Positions 9,741-20,069 of a stretch of DNA of 64,000 nt are shown one piece after another. The number at the start of each line of letters is the position of its first letter. Position 1 is the first letter of the stretch. The DNA is from Hoeflea sp. GTDB lineage: Bacteria > Pseudomonadota > Alphaproteobacteria > Rhizobiales > Rhizobiaceae. The stretch spans positions 6,570,791 through 6,634,790 of the forward strand of contig OZ244175.1 of the NCBI GenBank assembly GCA_965216535.1. Direction: 5' to 3'. Position numbers and translations under genes: made by a program. A model generated the notes under the pieces. That model was not told where the DNA came from, did no database searches, and saw nothing but the letters and a program-made list of their open reading frames with translations.

Positions 9741-12700
9741 TTATCCGGCAGCCTCAAGAGCTTCGCGGGCATCCTTCCGGTCAGGGTCGTCGCCCTCGGC
9801 CATACCATTCAAAAGCACGCGCAAACGCTCGATGTGTTGCGATGTCGCCCGGCCCGTGCGAAGGGCTGCGGTCAGGGCTCGCAGTTCAAGCATGACGGCG
9901 CCCTGTTTGCGTGCCTGGGCAACCGCCTCATCGAGATAGTCGCCGATCTTGTCGAATTCTCCCTGACGCGACAGTTCACCGGCAATCCGCAGCGACTCGG
10001 CGCGAAAAAAGCGGACATCGTTCTTGCCGGCCGGATCCAGGACGGAGGTCAGTGCCCGCAACCCGTCACGCGGCGATCCGGCCCAACCCTGCATTTCGGC
10101 CAGCAAGGTAAGGATGTAGGGCACGATCTGCTTGGCGCCGGTGCTCTTGTAGATGCGGTAGCTTTCCTTCAGGCGTTCGATACCGGCACCGGGTTCGCCC
10201 AGCGACGCCTCGGCCCAGCCATGCATGATGCCGGCCCAGCCCTGCCAGTAGGTATAGTCATGTTCCACGGCGATCGCGGATGCCGCTTCCGCGTGTTCGA
10301 TCACCGCCTCCGGCTGCCGACGAAACTGATGCAACGAAGCCGAAAGGCAATGGGCATAGGCGAGACTGAAGGGGTGCTTCAGTTCGCGCGCCAAGGTGAT
10401 TGCTTCCTCGGCCTCCCTGTCGGCCTCATCCGTCGCACCCAGGAACCAGTGCGCCCAGGCCAGACAGACCTTGCCCAGAACCGCCGGATCGGTGCCGTAG
10501 ACATAAGCCAGAGAATGGTGCTCATCGCGATCGTAAAGCCCGTTGGCCTGATGCAGCTTGTCGCGTGCCTGCTCGAACGCTCCGGAAAACAGCTCGCACA
10601 TGCCGGCGGAACGATAGGCGTCGAGCATCAACGCCGTTTCCTCCCGCTCCTCGGCGATGTCAACCAGACGCCTGACCACGTGAAAGGCCTTGCCGATACG
10701 GCCATTGAGGAAGAAAACGTTGGCCTGGCCGCGCAGGGCGATGAAGAGATTGCCGACGTCGCCGCTGTTTTCGCTGAGTTCGCGGGCGCGCGCATAGTTC
10801 TGGGCCACTTTGGGGGCCGACCACCCTTCCAGTGAGAGGAGCGACGCACCGAGCACGGTCCGGATGTCGAACTCCCGCTGATCCCGCTCGGACGACTCCG
10901 GCAGCTCGGACAAATCCCTGAGCCCCTTTTCGAGATTGGCGATCGCTTCCAGATGGGCGGACTTCTGGCCGGCACGCCGTCCTGCACGCAACCAATATTC
11001 GGTGGATTGCAAAAGCAGTTTGGCCATCGAGAGATGCCAGGCAACCAATTCCGGGTCATCGACCTCATCACCGGTGCCGTCACGCAACAGGATCTCGGCG
11101 ACCTTGCCATGATACTCCCGTCGCCTGCTGCGCAGCAGCGTCTTGTAGGCCACATCCTGGATCAGCGCGTGCTTGAAGCGGAAGATCGTACGCAGTTCCC
11201 GGGTAGTCCGCACAACGAGACCGGCGTCGATGATCGCCGCAATCGCTTCCTCCAACTCGGCATCCTGGTAATCCCCGACCGCCTGAATGAACTCCAGGTC
11301 GAATGGCCGGCCGATAACCGAAGCGACCTGCAGAACTTTCTTGGCATCGCCCAGGCGATCGATGCGGGACACGAGAAGAACCTGCAGAGAACCTGGAATG
11401 TCGTCGAAGTCGCCACTCTCGATCAGCGACTTCGCCAGTTCTTCAACGAAGAGCGGGATGCCGTCGGATCGGGCTACGATTTCGGCGGCAGCAGCCGCCG
11501 GAATGCGGTCACCGCCAATCGCCTCGACAATCTGTTCGCTCTGGCCACGCGACAGCCGGTTGAGAAATAGCTTCGCCTGGTTGGCAAGGCTCGGCCAGGG
11601 TGGTTCGTAGCTCGGCCGGTAGGTGACCAGCATCAGCACGGCGGCATCGCCGATCCTTTGCATGGCCTCACTCACCAGCATCTCCGTGGTCGGGTCGATC
11701 CAGTGCGCGTCCTCCAGGATGAAGAGGACGGGCTGATCGCGGCTGGTTTCAATCAACTGCGCCACCAGCGCGTCGATCGTGCGTTCACGCAACTGCTGCG
11801 GCGACATCTTAAGCTCGCCGTAGCGGTCGGCAGCGGGCAGCGATAGCATGGAGGCGAAAAGCTGCAGCGTCTCGGCCGTTTCGTTGCTATAGCCTCCGAG
11901 CATGGCCTCCAGCTTGTCGAGCCGCTCTTCCGTACTGTCCTGCTGAGTCATGCCGGCGATCCGACGCAACTGCTGGATGGCCGGAAACAGTGCACTGCTT
12001 TGATGGTGCGGTGAACACTGGTAGCTCATGCGGATGTACTGTTCGCCGGCGATCAGCTTGCGGAACGCCTCAAGGAAGCGCGACTTGCCCATACCTGGCT
12101 CGCCGCTGAACAGAACAACCTGCCCTTCGCCCGACTTGGCGATATCCCAACGTTCGCGAACCAGACCCAATTCGTGGTTGCGGCCAACAAATGGCGCCAT
12201 GCTGTCGGCATGCACTGCCTCGAAACGGTTTTCTGCACTGCCCTCGCCGACGACTTTCCAGACCGGCACCGGATCGAAAAAGCCCTTGAGGTCGTGCAGG
12301 CCGTAGTCCTCCAGGGCGAACACGGCGGCCACATGGGCTCGCGTCCCTGTATCGATGACAACCTCACCGGGAGATGCAAGCGCTTGCAGACGCGCCGCGA
12401 GGTTCGGCGTTTCGCCGGTAACGGTTTGCGGATCGCGGCTCATTTCGCCGACGAGATCGCCAACAATCACCAGGCCGGATGCGATGCCGATGCGGGCTTC
12501 CAGTTTGACGCCGTCGCCAGCGGTCAGATCTTCAATGGCTCGAATTGCTGCGAGGCCGGCCCAAACAGCACTCTCGGCCTGGTTTTCACTGGCCTGTGGC
12601 CAGCCGAAATAGGCCAGCACACCGTCGCCGAGATACTGGGCGATGTAGCCGTTATAGGTCGCGATCGCTTCGGTGACAGCGTCATGAAACTGCCGCAGGA

Positions 12701-13034
12701 CATCGCGGTAATCTTCCGGATCGAGCCGTTGGGCGAGCACGGTCGATCCGACCAGATCGCAAAACATCACGGTGAGTTGCCGTCGCTCCGGTTCTGCCAC
12801 GACCGCCGGTGCCGGATTGACCGCGGCGGGCGGCGGAGACGGTTGGTCGGCGCTCAGGTGATCGGCTATGGCTGCAGACACAATGCGTCGCGGCCCAAGC
12901 GGCAATCCGAGTTCCTTCAGATCGTCATCGGTCAGGTGCCACAACGCATCGAGCGTGATTTCCTGCTCGGCGAAGACTGCGGCATAGCGCCCTAGCCCCA
13001 GATCTTCCAACCAGCTGTTTGTTTCGTCGGCCAT
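9741..13034 (-). CDS. SAM domain + class III adenylate/guanylate cyclase + STAND ATPase + TPR-like protein
   Basis: SAM (WLEDLGLGRY..DLKELGLPLGPR), cyclase (MFCDLVGST, YLGDGVLAYFG, GETPNLAARLQ), Walker A GEPGMGKS, Walker B LEDAHWID, helical C-terminus. Confidence 0.92.
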   Translation of the reverse strand: MADETNSWLEDLGLGRYAAVFAEQEITLDALWHLTDDDLKELGLPLGPRRIVSAAIADHLSADQPSPPPAAVNPAPAVVAEPERRQLTVMFCDLVGSTVLAQRLDPEDYRDVLRQFHDAVTEAIATYNGYIAQYLGDGVLAYFGWPQASENQAESAVWAGLAAIRAIEDLTAGDGVKLEARIGIASGLVIVGDLVGEMSRDPQTVTGETPNLAARLQALASPGEVVIDTGTRAHVAAVFALEDYGLHDLKGFFDPVPVWKVVGEGSAENRFEAVHADSMAPFVGRNHELGLVRERWDIAKSGEGQVVLFSGEPGMGKSRFLEAFRKLIAGEQYIRMSYQCSPHHQSSALFPAIQQLRRIAGMTQQDSTEERLDKLEAMLGGYSNETAETLQLFASMLSLPAADRYGELKMSPQQLRERTIDALVAQLIETSRDQPVLFILEDAHWIDPTTEMLVSEAMQRIGDAAVLMLVTYRPSYEPPWPSLANQAKLFLNRLSRGQSEQIVEAIGGDRIPAAAAAEIVARSDGIPLFVEELAKSLIESGDFDDIPGSLQVLLVSRIDRLGDAKKVLQVASVIGRPFDLEFIQAVGDYQDAELEEAIAAIIDAGLVVRTTRELRTIFRFKHALIQDVAYKTLLRSRRREYHGKVAEILLRDGTGDEVDDPELVAWHLSMAKLLLQSTEYWLRAGRRAGQKSAHLEAIANLEKGLRDLSELPESSERDQREFDIRTVLGASLLSLEGWSAPKVAQNYARARELSENSGDVGNLFIALRGQANVFFLNGRIGKAFHVVRRLVDIAEEREETALMLDAYRSAGMCELFSGAFEQARDKLHQANGLYDRDEHHSLAYVYGTDPAVLGKVCLAWAHWFLGATDEADREAEEAITLARELKHPFSLAYAHCLSASLHQFRRQPEAVIEHAEAASAIAVEHDYTYWQGWAGIMHGWAEASLGEPGAGIERLKESYRIYKSTGAKQIVPYILTLLAEMQGWAGSPRDGLRALTSVLDPAGKNDVRFFRAESLRIAGELSRQGEFDKIGDYLDEAVAQARKQGAVMLELRALTAALRTGRATSQHIERLRVLLNGMAEGDDPDRKDAREALEAAG

Positions 13035-13158
13035 ATTGCCTGTACTGACACCCTGATAAACCGAGCTCTATTCTAGGGTAGCATCCTGAAAAAGCGAAGA
13101 ATATTCATGTACCGTCGGGCCTTTGAAATCACCCGACATCCTGCAATCCGAAGTTGCC

Positions 13159-14478
13159 TCAAACGATGCGATAACGTGACGTCAACTGGAGTCCGGTCAT
13201 GGCGATGACAAGGCACAACCACACCTGATGGACACGTCCGATCAGGAAGGTTTCGAGAAACGAGAGCATCGCCATGAAGATGACGATCATCATGAACAGA
13301 TCGGCCAGATTGCGGTTCGCCGGAACACTGCAGGATTTGACATAATTCACCGCCGGCGCGACGAAGACCACCCAGAAGAGAATGGCCGCGCCCACGACAC
13401 CGGCAACGAGGATCATGTCGATATAGTTGCTGTGTCCGTTGGAGATCCCGCGAAAGTCCCACGGACTGTCGAACGGCGCCTCCGAATCCTCAACAACGGA
13501 CGTGCCCCAGAAACCATCGTAACCATTGCCGAAAAGCAGATTGCGGCCGATGTTGTCGAGCCCGTATTCCCACAGGGTGACCCGCCCGGTGAAACTCGGG
13601 TCGGAGAGGATCGACGCGGTCGCACGGGACAGGGGTTCGAAATAGACACTTCCCAAAGTCAAAGCACCGACGGCTGCAACGCAGATGGCGTAAAGGCCCA
13701 CGGTCAGCAGCGGCAGACCGAGCAGGCGACCGGCGAGAACGGCAAGGATCGCAAGCGGCAGAAGACCGTTTGTCGACTTGGCCCCGGCCTGTGCCACGAA
13801 CAGCAGTGCCAGGCAGAATATGATGGCGCCGATAACGGGCATCTTCGAGCGCCATAGATATATGCCGAACATGACGAAGACCGACATGACCGGACTGGCA
13901 ATGTTTTTGTGGTTGAAGTGACCGCGCCAACGGCCCACGTGCAGCATATCGCTGCCGTGAATGGCCTTCTCCGGCCATAACAGGATGCCGAGATAGGCAA
14001 GAACGATCACCGTCAGGACGGCCGCCGCGCTGACCCGCTGAAATGCTCGCTCATCGGGAGGCAGCAACACCACACCAGCAGCAAGGATCATGCCGATCAA
14101 GGTCAGCGCGGCCGTGCGGCTTGCTGCCGAGGGGTCGGGCGCCGCATAGACGGCGATCGTCAGAACAATCAGGATGGCAATCCATCCCGGGGCAAAGAAG
14201 ATTTGGAGCAGCCGGCGGTCAACCAGGGTCACCAACCCGAGCGTCATGGCGACGCCGGCGATCAGGAAACCGATCTGATTGATGCGGTCGCCCTCTGTGT
14301 CTCCGGATTCGAATTCGCTGGCGAAATCGAAGGGCTGCAGAGAAATCATCAGCAGACAGAAGGCAAGAAACGCAAGAACCGAGGCCGCCGTCCTGCGAAG
14401 ACGCTGACGGGCGGCCCCTGCGCCATCCGTCGTGTGTGGGCGCTGGCCGTGGAGGTGCTGCGCGGAGGTCGCTGACAT
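13159..14478 (-). CDS. O-antigen ligase / polysaccharide polymerase-family membrane protein (ExoQ-like)
   Basis: WRGHFNHKN, SFTGRVTLW, LFGNGYDGFW, HSNYID motifs and many TM helices. Start uncertain (14478 or 14511). Confidence 0.8.
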   Translation of the reverse strand: MSATSAQHLHGQRPHTTDGAGAARQRLRRTAASVLAFLAFCLLMISLQPFDFASEFESGDTEGDRINQIGFLIAGVAMTLGLVTLVDRRLLQIFFAPGWIAILIVLTIAVYAAPDPSAASRTAALTLIGMILAAGVVLLPPDERAFQRVSAAAVLTVIVLAYLGILLWPEKAIHGSDMLHVGRWRGHFNHKNIASPVMSVFVMFGIYLWRSKMPVIGAIIFCLALLFVAQAGAKSTNGLLPLAILAVLAGRLLGLPLLTVGLYAICVAAVGALTLGSVYFEPLSRATASILSDPSFTGRVTLWEYGLDNIGRNLLFGNGYDGFWGTSVVEDSEAPFDSPWDFRGISNGHSNYIDMILVAGVVGAAILFWVVFVAPAVNYVKSCSVPANRNLADLFMMIVIFMAMLSFLETFLIGRVHQVWLCLVIAMTGLQLTSRYRIV

Positions 14479-14679
14479 ACTTTCTGCTTGCCTGAACCGG
14501 GACTGTGTCATTTCCCGACTATCCGGCCTGCCTTTCCGATTTGACCATTGCCGATTATGGTTAACGGAACCTTTCCAAGGTGGAATCATGAACGGCCGCT
14601 TAACGGTGTTTTCAGACGGCATTCAGAGCGACTTTGCAATTGTGTCACCATCGAAACATCGAACGAATTCCTGGAGAGC

Positions 14680-15132
14680 ATGATGAAACGCACAATCCTC
14701 GCAGCCGCATCGATCGCAACAGTTCTTGGCATGAGCGCTGGCGCACAGGCCATGGACAAGGTCTCAGGTGACGTCGGTCCAAAGCTGAAAGTGACCAAAC
14801 TGCAGATGGGCATCAAGTCCCCGAAGACGGCAACATGCCCGGCAGAAGCCCAGTTGACCGCGTGGGTGTTTACCAACAAGGCCGGTGACGTGCCCATTTT
14901 CATTGCTCGCGCAGGCGGCGGCTCGGTGTCCGGACCTTACATGGTCAAGACCAAGGCGACCGGCAATGGTACCTTCATGGGCACCTACAGCCGCACCCTG
15001 CAGATCCACCAGCCCATCGATGCCAAGTACCGCGCGTCAGCGCCGAACTACAAGCAGCTCAGCAATTGGGTACCGCTGAAAGCCAGCTGCAAGATCGGCC
15101 TGGGTGGCAACAATGAAGTTCTTGGAAACTAG
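14680..15132 (+). CDS. Hypothetical secreted protein, beta-rich
   Basis: GGAG RBS, signal peptide ending AQA, and two Cys near the ends of the mature chain. Confidence 0.75.
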   Translation: MMKRTILAAASIATVLGMSAGAQAMDKVSGDVGPKLKVTKLQMGIKSPKTATCPAEAQLTAWVFTNKAGDVPIFIARAGGGSVSGPYMVKTKATGNGTFMGTYSRTLQIHQPIDAKYRASAPNYKQLSNWVPLKASCKIGLGGNNEVLGN

Positions 15133-15285
15133 CTCATTCGCTGGAGCGATCATTCTGATCGCTCCACTCTGGCGCGGCGCGGGTCAATTCGGTTACGAAG
15201 AGACTGAATACCGCATCGTCAATTCCCGCAATCGCCATCGCATGACCAATCCTACCATCAAACGTCAAATTCCCGAGGTCGCAAC

Positions 15286-16041
15286 ATTCTAGGCCAGTTT
15301 GATCCACTCGACCTGGTTGTCATCGGTGCGGCACTTGCGCTTGGCGGGTTCCTGAAGGGTGCAACGGGTGCTGGGACGCCTATCGTTGCCGTGCCCGTGA
15401 TTGCGGCCTTTCTCGATGTGAAAGCCGCGGTTGCACTGCTGGCGTTGCCGAATTTCTGCACCAATGTGCTGCAGGTCTACGCCTATCGCCGACACGTGAT
15501 CGAAAAAGAATGGTTGCTGAGATTTGTCGTCAGCGGAGGCGTAGGCGCAGGCGTTGGAACGCTTGTCTTGCATGCCGCAAGCGACACGGTGCTGTCTCTT
15601 TTTCTTGCCGCGGTGATCGCTGTTTATGTTCCCATGCGACTGGCGCTACCGGAGCTCAAATTTCCACAGAAACCGCTCAGGAAGGCCGTTTGGCCGGTGG
15701 GTCTGGTGGGTGGGCTACTGCAAGGCGCGGCCGGCATTTCAGCACCCGTGACGCTCAGCTACCTGAATGCAATGGGTTTGCAACGCGGAACCTTCATTTT
15801 CACGCTGTCGGCATTTTTTACAGGCATGTCCGTCGTTCAGATTGCCACGCTGTGGCTGACCGGAGCCTTTGTGCGTGAAATCGCCATAGCCAGTGTTGTG
15901 GCCATGATACCTCTCTTTCTGGCAATGCCACTGGGTGCTTGGGCGACGCGAAGCATGTCCGCCAAAGGATTTGACAGGATGGTTCTGGTGCTGCTCACGT
16001 TGTTGGCGTTGCGCCTGATTTATGGTGCGATCTTCCTGTAG
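15286..16041 (+). CDS. TauE/SafE-family (DUF81) membrane permease, apparently ATT-initiated
   Basis: GGFLKGATGAG N-terminal motif lies upstream of the first GTG (15391). GAGGT SD at 15275-15279 precedes an in-frame ATT at 15286. GAAGISAP second-repeat motif. Confidence 0.75.
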   Translation: MLGQFDPLDLVVIGAALALGGFLKGATGAGTPIVAVPVIAAFLDVKAAVALLALPNFCTNVLQVYAYRRHVIEKEWLLRFVVSGGVGAGVGTLVLHAASDTVLSLFLAAVIAVYVPMRLALPELKFPQKPLRKAVWPVGLVGGLLQGAAGISAPVTLSYLNAMGLQRGTFIFTLSAFFTGMSVVQIATLWLTGAFVREIAIASVVAMIPLFLAMPLGAWATRSMSAKGFDRMVLVLLTLLALRLIYGAIFL

Positions 16042-16085
16042 CTCCCGCGTGCACGGTCCATGAACGCCGTATCCGACCAAAGGCG

Positions 16086-17333
16086 TTGAACCGGTGCCAC
16101 ATTGATTGTCTAAAGGGTGAGAAACAAATCAACCCACGGGGAACAAAGCTGGACACTCAGCACGACCTAACGGAATCCAATGCGCAAGTGGTTCTTGCAG
16201 GTGGTGGCCTTGCCGGCTGCCTCCTTGCCTTGCGGCTCGCTGAGGCCGGCCGGCGGGTAACACTGGTCGAGGCCGGCGAACAGATCTGTGGCAACCACAC
16301 CTGGTCATTTCATCTGACGGACATCGATGCGTCCGATATGCGCCGGCTCGACCGCCTCATCGATTACCGCTGGCCGGGCCAGCAGGTCATTTTTCCACGC
16401 TACCGGCGGCAACTGTCGACACCCTATGCAAGCATGACCTCAGAGACGCTGCGCCGTGCTGTTCACGCCGAGCCGGCGATAACGGTGCTTGAAAACACAC
16501 CCATCGCCCGTCTCGGTGCCGATCATGTCGAGCTTGATACCGGAGAGCGAATTGCAGCACCCTGCGTCATTGACAGCCGGGGTTTTGCGCCCTCGCCGGG
16601 CTTGAAGCTGGGTTTCCAGAAATTTGTCGGAATTGAGCTCGAACTGCGAAGACCGCACGGCGAAGAAGTCCCGACCATCATGGACGCCTCCGTCGACCAG
16701 CTCGACGGCTACCGCTTCGTCTATGTGCTGCCGCTGTCGGAAACCCGGCTGTTGATCGAAGACACGCGCTATAGCGACCGAGGCGATCTCGACCATGACG
16801 CTCTTCAGTCCGACGTGCTGGCCTATGCTGCCAACCGCTCCTGGGTCGTGCGCCAGTCGGTACGCGCCGAAAGGGGCATCCTGCCGATCACCCTGGCGCA
16901 GGATGTTGATCGTTTCTGGAACGATGTTGCAGCCGACACCGCACCGATTGGCCTTCGGGCCGGGCTGTTCCACCCGACAACCGGTTACAGCCTGCCCATG
17001 GCAGTCGAGACCGCCAACCTGATTGCCGGTCTGGACGGGCCGCTGACCACCAAAATTGTGCGCGAGGCCGTCGAGCGTCTGGCACGTCAGCGCAGCAGAG
17101 AGCACCGATTTTATCGTTTCCTGAATCGAATGCTGTTCAAGGCGGCCGAACCCGGGAAACGATACCGGGTGCTGCAGCGGTTCTACGGGTTGTCCCAGAT
17201 GTTGATCGAACGGTTTTATGCCGGCCGCATTCAGCCCGCCGACAAACTGCGGCTGCTTGTCGGCAAACCGCCGGTACCGATCCATCGGGCGCTTCGGTGC
17301 GTAAGTGAAGAGCGAGCGCTCATTGGGGACTGA
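16086..17333 (+). CDS. crtY: Lycopene beta-cyclase
   Basis: GGGLAG FAD motif, NHTWSFH, IMDASVDQLDGYRFVY, FHPTTGYSLP, RFYAG. Start uncertain (TTG 16086, CTG 16149 or GTG 16188). Confidence 0.93.
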   Translation: MNRCHIDCLKGEKQINPRGTKLDTQHDLTESNAQVVLAGGGLAGCLLALRLAEAGRRVTLVEAGEQICGNHTWSFHLTDIDASDMRRLDRLIDYRWPGQQVIFPRYRRQLSTPYASMTSETLRRAVHAEPAITVLENTPIARLGADHVELDTGERIAAPCVIDSRGFAPSPGLKLGFQKFVGIELELRRPHGEEVPTIMDASVDQLDGYRFVYVLPLSETRLLIEDTRYSDRGDLDHDALQSDVLAYAANRSWVVRQSVRAERGILPITLAQDVDRFWNDVAADTAPIGLRAGLFHPTTGYSLPMAVETANLIAGLDGPLTTKIVREAVERLARQRSREHRFYRFLNRMLFKAAEPGKRYRVLQRFYGLSQMLIERFYAGRIQPADKLRLLVGKPPVPIHRALRCVSEERALIGD

Positions 17334-17340
17334 ATCGGAA

Positions 17341-18846
17341 ATGCAGAGTGGGAAGACCGCGATCGTTATCGGGGCCGGATTCGGCGGTTTGGCGCTTGCC
17401 ATTCGGCTGCAGAGCGCCGGTGTGAAAACGACGCTTCTGGAGAAACGTGATCGTCCCGGTGGCCGGGCCTATGTCTATGAAGACAAGGGCTTCGTTTTCG
17501 ATGCCGGTCCGACCGTGATTACCGATCCTGATGCGCTGCGTGAGTTGTGGAGCCTTTCCGGGCGCCGCTTGGATGACGATGTCAAGCTGCTTCCGATCGA
17601 TCCGTTCTATCAGCTATGCTGGGAAGACGGATACCGCTTCGACTACGTTAACGACCAGGACGAGCTGGACCGGCAGATCGCGCTCAAGTCGCCGCAGGAC
17701 GTCGAAGGTTACAGGCGCTTTCTCCACTATTCCGAGGACCTCTATCACGAAGGTTATGAAAAACTCGGCGCGGTCCCGTTTCTACGGTTTTGGGACATGG
17801 TAAGGGCCGCACCTCAACTGGTCCGGTTGCAAAGCCATCGCAGCGTGTATTCCAAGGTCGCATCTTTCATCGACGACGAGCAGTTGCGCCAGGCCTTTTC
17901 CTTTCACTCGCTGCTCGTCGGCGGCAATCCATTCGACACATCGTCGATTTACGCCCTGATTCATGCTCTGGAACGAAAGGGTGGCGTGTGGTTCGCCAAG
18001 GGCGGTACCGGGGCACTCGTTGACGCAATGGCTCACCTTTTCACCGACCTTGGCGGCACGCTACGGCTGGCAACCCCGGTTGACGAGATTGTCGTTGAAA
18101 ATGATAGGGCCACCGCCGTCGTGGCGGGTAACGAGCGGTTCTCCTGCGACATGGTCGCCAGCAATGCCGATGTCGTGCACACCTATGAACGGTTGCTGGG
18201 CAGAAGCGCACGAGGGCCGGCCAAGGCACGCAATTTGCGGGGCAAGCGCTTCTCAATGTCGCTGTTCGTGGTCTATTTCGGTTTGCGCGGCAAGCGACCT
18301 GATCTCAAACATCACATGGTGCTTTTCGGCCCGCGTTACCGCGACCTGATAAACGAAATCTTTCGAAGTGACGGCCTCGCTGACGATTTTTCGCTCTATC
18401 TGCATTGCCCCTCGGTGACCGATGACAGCCTGGCGCCTGCTGGCCACAGCACCTATTACGTGCTGTCGCCGGTTCCGCATCTTGGAACGGCCGACATCGA
18501 CTGGTCCGTAGAGGGCCCGAAATATCGGGACCGGATCCTCGACTATCTGGAGGACCGGTATATTCCCGGATTGAAAGCCGACCTGGTCACGAGCCGCATT
18601 TTTACACCCTTTGATTTCCGTGATGAACTCAACGCCCATCTGGGTTCGGCCTTTTCCGTTGAGCCGTTGCTCACGCAAAGTGCCTGGTTCCGGCCGCACA
18701 ACCGAGATGCGGTCATCGAGAATCTCTACGTGGTGGGCGCCGGAACGCATCCGGGCGCTGGCATTCCCGGCGTTGTCGGTTCAGCGAAGGCGACCGCCGG
18801 ACTGATGTTGTCCGATCCGGTGCTTGGTCAGTCGGGGGCCGCATGA
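17341..18846 (+). CDS. crtI: Phytoene desaturase (bacterial CrtI type)
   Basis: VIGAGFGGLALA, FDAGPTVIT, LLVGGNPF, GAGTHPGAGIPGV. Confidence 0.96.
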   Translation: MQSGKTAIVIGAGFGGLALAIRLQSAGVKTTLLEKRDRPGGRAYVYEDKGFVFDAGPTVITDPDALRELWSLSGRRLDDDVKLLPIDPFYQLCWEDGYRFDYVNDQDELDRQIALKSPQDVEGYRRFLHYSEDLYHEGYEKLGAVPFLRFWDMVRAAPQLVRLQSHRSVYSKVASFIDDEQLRQAFSFHSLLVGGNPFDTSSIYALIHALERKGGVWFAKGGTGALVDAMAHLFTDLGGTLRLATPVDEIVVENDRATAVVAGNERFSCDMVASNADVVHTYERLLGRSARGPAKARNLRGKRFSMSLFVVYFGLRGKRPDLKHHMVLFGPRYRDLINEIFRSDGLADDFSLYLHCPSVTDDSLAPAGHSTYYVLSPVPHLGTADIDWSVEGPKYRDRILDYLEDRYIPGLKADLVTSRIFTPFDFRDELNAHLGSAFSVEPLLTQSAWFRPHNRDAVIENLYVVGAGTHPGAGIPGVVGSAKATAGLMLSDPVLGQSGAA

Positions 18847-19793
18847 CGGTTGCAAAGGAGCAGGACGCGGACAAGGTCCTGCAACTCAGCGAGCAGATGA
18901 TAGCCGGCGGTTCGAAGAGCTTTGCGGCTGCCCGGCACTTGTTTGCGCCGCAGACGCGCGCCGATGCGGTCATGCTTTACGCCTGGTGCCGTCATGCGGA
19001 CGACGTGATCGATGGTCAGGAACTTGGTCATGGTCACGAGCCGGACCGGGGCGGTGATCCGGCCGCGCGGCTCGACGACCTGCGACAGGCCACGCAATCG
19101 GCCCTTAGGGGAGAGACCGCCAGGGATCCGGTTTTTGAAGCACTGCAGTTGGTGGTCGAACGCAACGGAATCCCGCACCGCCACCCCATGGAGCTGATTG
19201 CCGGATTTGCCATGGACGTCGAAGGGCGCACGTATCGGAGCTTCGACGACACACTCGACTATTGCTACCATGTCGCTGGCGTCGTCGGCGTCATGATGGC
19301 CATGATCATGGGCGTGCGGCAGGCTTCGGTACTCGATCGGGCATCGGATCTCGGCCTGGCGTTTCAACTGACGAATATCGCCCGTGACGTGATTGATGAT
19401 GCCCGCGCAGGGCGCTGCTATCTCCCATCAGAGTGGCTGCACGAAGTCGGAATCGACACGATCGATCCGGACGACCGGGACCAGTGGCCCGCGCTGCATG
19501 GGCTTGCGCTTCGGCTGCTTGACCAGGCCGAACCCTACTACGTTTCCGCATACGCCGGAATTCCCGCGCTTCCCTTCAGATCGGCCTGGGCCGTCGCCGC
19601 GGCCCGGCGGGTTTATCGCGACATCGGCCGGGTTCTGCGCCAAGGAGGGTCGACAGCCTGGAATGGCCGGGTGTCGACGTCGCAATCCCGGAAGGTCTGG
19701 TTGCTTTTCCGTGCCCTGGGAGACGTGATCGCAACACGGCGCGGCAGCCATGAACCGCACAATGTCAGGAACGGCCTTTACGACAGGCCCTGA
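18843..19793 (+). CDS. crtB: Phytoene synthase
   Basis: GSKSFAAA, YAWCRHADDVID, YCYHVAGVVG, QLTNIARD. Confidence 0.96.
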   Translation: MTVAKEQDADKVLQLSEQMIAGGSKSFAAARHLFAPQTRADAVMLYAWCRHADDVIDGQELGHGHEPDRGGDPAARLDDLRQATQSALRGETARDPVFEALQLVVERNGIPHRHPMELIAGFAMDVEGRTYRSFDDTLDYCYHVAGVVGVMMAMIMGVRQASVLDRASDLGLAFQLTNIARDVIDDARAGRCYLPSEWLHEVGIDTIDPDDRDQWPALHGLALRLLDQAEPYYVSAYAGIPALPFRSAWAVAAARRVYRDIGRVLRQGGSTAWNGRVSTSQSRKVWLLFRALGDVIATRRGSHEPHNVRNGLYDRP

Positions 19794-20069
19794 ATGATTG
19801 GCCCGAGTTTGGCCGGGAGTATTTCGAAGGCGAAGCTCCGACTGGACATACGCAATTCTTATAGTATTCGCTACAACTTTATCAAAACCGCGGAACAATC
19901 CCCCAAGTATTTAAGGATAAACCCAACCAGCGCTATCAGATAATTAACGATGCGATCTGGTTTGTTCCTCTGTTACATAGATTTGTGTTGATTTCCTTCC
20001 CCCGCGGTTCAAATCCTGTCTGTGCGCATGAGGCGCCATTATTCCGATCATGAATGAGATGCTACGATC

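Noticed and set aside
9699-10835. 378-aa plus-strand ORF
   Set aside because: Shadow of the STAND cyclase.
14479-14622. Long N-terminal extension of the O-antigen-ligase ORF
   Set aside because: Non-family sequence running through the probable divergent promoter, close to the RBS of the 14680 gene; a later start is preferred.
16112-16142. TTGATTGT..ACAAATCAA near-inverted repeat before crtY as a PpsR or FNR site
   Set aside because: TGT-N14-ACA rather than N12, and the spacing is far from the FNR N4; too weak to call.
20006-20016. GGTTCAAATCC tRNA T-loop-like motif
   Set aside because: The flanks do not form a 5-bp T-stem or a cloverleaf.
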